Made by a program: the position numbers and the translations under genes. Below the pieces are notes generated by a model. The model did not search any database. It saw nothing but the letters and a program-made list of their open reading frames with translations, and was not told the DNA's origin. 64,000 nt of DNA from an uncultured Pelagibacteraceae bacterium (lineage in GTDB: Bacteria; Pseudomonadota; Alphaproteobacteria; Pelagibacterales; Pelagibacteraceae): assembly GCA_902606115.1 (NCBI GenBank), contig CACLFM010000006.1:453-64452 (forward strand). Reading direction: 5' to 3'. Shown one piece after another: positions 59,943 through 64,000 of this stretch. Numbering within the stretch: the stretch's first letter is position 1; every line of letters starts with the position of its first letter.

Positions 59943-62612
59943 ATGAAACCAGGTAACAAAAATTCTTTTAAATCTTTAACAACAGTTAGCATAAATAGTA
60001 ATGATTATTTTTACTATTCATTAAGTTTAGCAGAGAAAAATGGTTTAGAGGGAATATCTAAACTACCTAAATCCTTAAAAGTACTTTTAGAAAATTTGCT
60101 AAGATATGAAGATAATAAATCAGTATTAAAATCGCAAATTTTGGCTTTGAAATCATGGTTAAAAAATAAAAAGTCAGATACCGAGATAGCCTATAGACCT
60201 GCCAGAGTTTTGTTGCAGGATTATACTGGTATACCAGCTGTAGCCGACTTAGCAGCTATGAGAGAAGCAGTAAAAGAAAAAAACAAAGATCCAAATAAAA
60301 TAAATCCATTATCATCTGTAGATCTGGTAATAGATCATTCAGTTCAAGTTGATAAATATTCTACCTTAAATTCTTTAAAAGAAAATGTTGAAATTGAATT
60401 TCAGAGAAATGCAGAAAGATACTCCTTTTTAAAATGGGGTCAAAAAGCATTTAATAATTTTAGAATTGTTCCACCTGGAACTGGTATATGTCATCAAGTA
60501 AATTTAGAATATTTGTCAAAAGTTGTTTGGATGGAAGAATTTGATAACAAAAAATATTTATTTCCAGACACTCTTGTTGGAACTGACAGCCATACCACAA
60601 TGGTAAATGGTTTATCAGTTTTAGGATGGGGAGTAGGAGGTATCGAGGCAGAGGCGGGCATGCTTGGACAACCTATATCAATGTTAATACCAGAAGTTGT
60701 TGGATTTGAAATTAAAAATAAACTACCAGAAGGTACAACAGCTACAGATTTAGTTCTTACAGTTGTTAAAATGTTAAGAGACAAGGGTGTTGTTGGAAAA
60801 TTTGTGGAATTTTATGGAGAAGGTTTAAAGAATTTAACTTTAGCAGACAGAGCAACTATTGCAAATATGGCTCCAGAGTACGGAGCAACATGTGGATTTT
60901 TTCCAATTGATGAAGAGACTTTAAAATATTTAGAATTTTCAGGAAGAAATAAAAGTCAGGTAGATATAGTTAAAAAATATGCAATTGAACAAGGTTTATG
61001 GATAAGTGATGACATAATATTCAGCGATACATTATCTTTAGATATGTCAACTGTAGTTCCTACTATATCTGGACCAAAAAGACCTCAAGATAAAGTTTTA
61101 CTCACAGATGCATCCCAGAATTTCAAAGATAATTTTAAGAAATTTGCAAACAGAAATGATTTTTTAAATATTGATGTCAAAGATTCAGATTTCAGTATTC
61201 AGGACGGTTCAATTTTAATTGCAGCCATTACATCTTGTACAAACACATCTAATCCTAATGTTTTAATAGGTGCTGGACTTTTAGCAAAAAAAGCTTGTGA
61301 GTTTGGTTTAAGTTCTAAGCCTTGGGTAAAAACATCTTTAGCTCCAGGTTCCCAAGTAGTAACAGATTATTTAGAAAAAGCAGGCCTCAATATATATTTA
61401 GACAAACTAGGCTTTAACTTAGTTGGATATGGATGCACTACATGTATCGGAAATTCTGGACCCTTAGCAGATAATATTTCAGAAGCTGTAAGTAAAAGTA
61501 ATTTATATGCAGTTTCTGTCCTTTCAGGTAATAGAAACTTTGAGGGAAGAATATCGCCTTTAGTAAAAGCAAATTATTTAGCATCACCTCCATTAGTAGT
61601 AGCTTATGCAATCGCAGGAAATATGCATATAGATCTATATAAAGAACCTTTGGGTAAATCAAATGATGGAAAAGATATATACTTAAAAGATATTTGGCCG
61701 TCTAATCAAGAAATAGAAGAGGTATTAAAAGTATCACTAAATGCATCTATGTTTATAAAAAGATATTCAGATGTTTCAAAGGGCCCAGATCAATGGCAGA
61801 AAATACAAACAAAAGAGTCAAGCATTTATGAATGGGATGAAAATTCAACTTACGTAAAAAAACCACCTTTTTTTGAAAACTTGAAAGAAGAACCTGAAAA
61901 ATTTGAAGATATAGAAAACGCTAGACCATTGTTAATTTTGGGCGATATGGTTACAACGGACCATATTTCTCCAGCTGGATCAATTCAAAAAGATAGCCCG
62001 ACAGGTGAGTATTTTATGAAAAATCAAGTTCTTCAAAAAGACTTTAATTCATATGGCTCTAGGAGAGGAAATCACGAGGTTATGACACGAGGAACATTTG
62101 CAAACATAAGAATAAGAAACGAGATGGCTCCTGGAACAGAGGGTGGTTTTACAAAACTTCATCCAGAAGGGAAGGTTATACCAGTTTATGATGCTGTTGT
62201 TGAATATAAAAAAAGAGGGACTGAACTAGTGGTAATTGGAGGTAAAGAATATGGAACTGGATCCTCGAGAGATTGGGCTGCAAAAGGTACAAAATTATTG
62301 GGTATCAAGTCTGTGTTAGCAGAAAGTTTTGAAAGAATTCATAGATCTAATCTTATTGGAATGGGGATATTACCACTTCAATTTATTAATGATCAAAATA
62401 GAAAAAAATTGAACTTGGATGGTTCAGAATTAATTTCTATTAAAGGTATCAAAGAGGGCTTAAAACCTGGTGACAATGTTATGGTTGAATTTAAATATAA
62501 AAATGGTGACACAAAAAGAATTAAAATGCTTTGTAGAATAGATACCAACAATGAACTTGAATATTTTAAACACGGTGGAATTTTACAATATGTTCTAAGA
62601 AACATGATTTAA
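59943..62612 (+). CDS. acnA: Aconitate hydratase A
   Basis: QDYTG.PAVADLAAMR, GICHQVNLE, GTDSHT, AAITSCTNTSNP, GYGCTTCIGNSG, NRNFEGR, GSSRDWAAKG. Confidence 0.98.
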   Translation: MKPGNKNSFKSLTTVSINSNDYFYYSLSLAEKNGLEGISKLPKSLKVLLENLLRYEDNKSVLKSQILALKSWLKNKKSDTEIAYRPARVLLQDYTGIPAVADLAAMREAVKEKNKDPNKINPLSSVDLVIDHSVQVDKYSTLNSLKENVEIEFQRNAERYSFLKWGQKAFNNFRIVPPGTGICHQVNLEYLSKVVWMEEFDNKKYLFPDTLVGTDSHTTMVNGLSVLGWGVGGIEAEAGMLGQPISMLIPEVVGFEIKNKLPEGTTATDLVLTVVKMLRDKGVVGKFVEFYGEGLKNLTLADRATIANMAPEYGATCGFFPIDEETLKYLEFSGRNKSQVDIVKKYAIEQGLWISDDIIFSDTLSLDMSTVVPTISGPKRPQDKVLLTDASQNFKDNFKKFANRNDFLNIDVKDSDFSIQDGSILIAAITSCTNTSNPNVLIGAGLLAKKACEFGLSSKPWVKTSLAPGSQVVTDYLEKAGLNIYLDKLGFNLVGYGCTTCIGNSGPLADNISEAVSKSNLYAVSVLSGNRNFEGRISPLVKANYLASPPLVVAYAIAGNMHIDLYKEPLGKSNDGKDIYLKDIWPSNQEIEEVLKVSLNASMFIKRYSDVSKGPDQWQKIQTKESSIYEWDENSTYVKKPPFFENLKEEPEKFEDIENARPLLILGDMVTTDHISPAGSIQKDSPTGEYFMKNQVLQKDFNSYGSRRGNHEVMTRGTFANIRIRNEMAPGTEGGFTKLHPEGKVIPVYDAVVEYKKRGTELVVIGGKEYGTGSSRDWAAKGTKLLGIKSVLAESFERIHRSNLIGMGILPLQFINDQNRKKLNLDGSELISIKGIKEGLKPGDNVMVEFKYKNGDTKRIKMLCRIDTNNELEYFKHGGILQYVLRNMI

Positions 62613-62613
62613 A

Positions 62614-63244
62614 ATGGATGAAGATATTGCAATTATAAATCAAAACACAAAAATTTCTTTAATAAAAAACTTTTTTAAAAAGAATATAAATAAAATTATT
62701 ATTTTAATTCTTAACATTAATTGTATTACTATCTTATTTTATTTTTGATGAATTCAAAAAAAGAAAATTAGAAAAATCAGCCCAAGTTTATAATAGTATT
62801 ATTTTTAATACAGATAATTATTCTAATAAAGCAATTGAAGACAATTTGACAAGGATAATAAATGAAAAAGTAGATACATATTCAGCCTTAGCTCTGTACT
62901 ATTTAATAGATAACAAAATAATTAATGATAATGACAAGATAGGTAATCTTTTTGACAAAGTTATTTTAATTAATAAAGACATAGAGCTGAGAAACTTAAT
63001 TATTTTTAAAAAAGCATTATACTTTTCGGATAAATATTCGGAAAACGAAATGTTAAAAATACTAAACCCAGTAATTAATTCAGAAAGTATTTGGAAACAG
63101 CATAGCCTTTTGCTTATGGGGGACTATTATTTTAATAAAAAAGAATTTGTTAAATCTAAAGAATTTTTTAATATGATTACCAAATTAAGCAATGTAAATC
63201 CAAAGATAAAAATTGACGTAGAAAAAAGATTAAATAGATTTTAG
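62614..63244 (+). pseudogene. YfgM-like membrane-anchored TPR protein with a +1 frameshift (probably a sequencing error)
   Basis: ATG 62614 gives MDEDIAIINQNTK...; removing one base near 62705-62713 joins a TM segment to the 62846-63244 ORF. Length 631 = 3n+1. Lies upstream of a bamB-like gene, as in yfgM-bamB. Confidence 0.65.
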
Positions 63245-64000
63245 TGAATAATATTTTTTATATTTTTTTTATTTTTATAATAGCTTGTTCTTTAAACTCT
63301 AATTCAAAATTCTGGTCTAAATCTAAAAAAATTGAAACAGACAATGAAATTATAAAAATATTGTTTCAAGACATTAGACCTAACGAAAATGAGTTCAATC
63401 CAACTTTAAAAGTTAGTTTACCAACAAAAAATATCAAAAATATAAGTCATAATTTGAATAATGATGGATTTACCAATCAAAGAATTAGTGACAATAATTT
63501 CTCTAAATACAAATTTTCTAAAATAGATAATTTTTCGGGATTTGAGCCAGAAATTTTAATGGACGAAGAAAATTTATTTTTTTTTGACAACAAAGGATCA
63601 ATAATTAAATTTAGCAAAGGCTCAAAGACGATTTGGAAAAAAAATTACTACTCAAAATCAGATAAAAAAAATAATCCTATTTTATTCTTAGCCTCAGAAG
63701 ATAATAACTTATTTATTGCTGATACTAATGCTAATTACTATTTGCTTAATAAAGAGAATGGTAATTTAAAGTGGAAAAAAAAACACACTTCATCTTTTAA
63801 CTCACAGGTTAAAATTAAGGATGGTAAAATATTTGTAGTTGATATGGAAAATACTCTTAGGTGTTTTTCTATTAAAAATGGGGAGAATTTATGGTCTGTT
63901 TCAACTGAGTTGACCATTGTTAGTTCACAAAAAAAACAATCAATAATTCTTACAAAAAATCTAGTTATATTTTCGAATTCAATTGGAGATTTAACAGCAG
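63244..64000 (+). CDS. PQQ-like beta-propeller lipoprotein (BamB-like), truncated by the window end
   Basis: GTG start, lipobox IIAC, repeated G...W motifs (NGNLKWKK, NGENLWS). Confidence 0.75.
   Translation, partial: MNNIFYIFFIFIIACSLNSNSKFWSKSKKIETDNEIIKILFQDIRPNENEFNPTLKVSLPTKNIKNISHNLNNDGFTNQRISDNNFSKYKFSKIDNFSGFEPEILMDEENLFFFDNKGSIIKFSKGSKTIWKKNYYSKSDKKNNPILFLASEDNNLFIADTNANYYLLNKENGNLKWKKKHTSSFNSQVKIKDGKIFVVDMENTLRCFSIKNGENLWSVSTELTIVSSQKKQSIILTKNLVIFSNSIGDLTA

Overview
Very AT-rich, gene-dense alphaproteobacterial chromosome segment that is almost certainly Pelagibacterales (SAR11). Support for that: intergenic gaps of a few bases, thyX, a two-piece (permuted) tmRNA, and SAR11-type gene order. 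It is mostly core genome: lpxC-bamD-ligA, uvrD, fumC, hflKC-degP-miaA, ilvBHC-leuA, mreBCD-mrdA-rodA, acnA and a bamB-like gene. It also carries a nitrogen/osmolyte scavenging block: pxpABC, a secreted gamma-glutamylcyclotransferase-like protein, eutA/doeA-like ectoine genes, a PotABCD-like ABC transporter, a ureohydrolase, an aldehyde dehydrogenase and argE. No integrase, transposase, CRISPR array, rRNA or tRNA was seen. The best candidate for an undescribed system is at 34346-35921: an inverse-autotransporter (intimin/invasin-type) beta-barrel with no passenger, followed by a separately secreted, Cys-containing beta-rich protein, i.e. a possible 'split' type Ve adhesin or minimal fibre. Other highlights are a beta-propeller autotransporter with a non-canonical C-terminus, a structured 5' UTR before a LysE/RhtB-proC operon, a phage-like minimal MCD/GNAT-fold gene, and the absence of ftsZ between an FtsA-like gene and lpxC. 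Three genes carry single-base (+1) frameshifts, probably sequencing errors. All family assignments come from motif recognition by eye; no database search was run.
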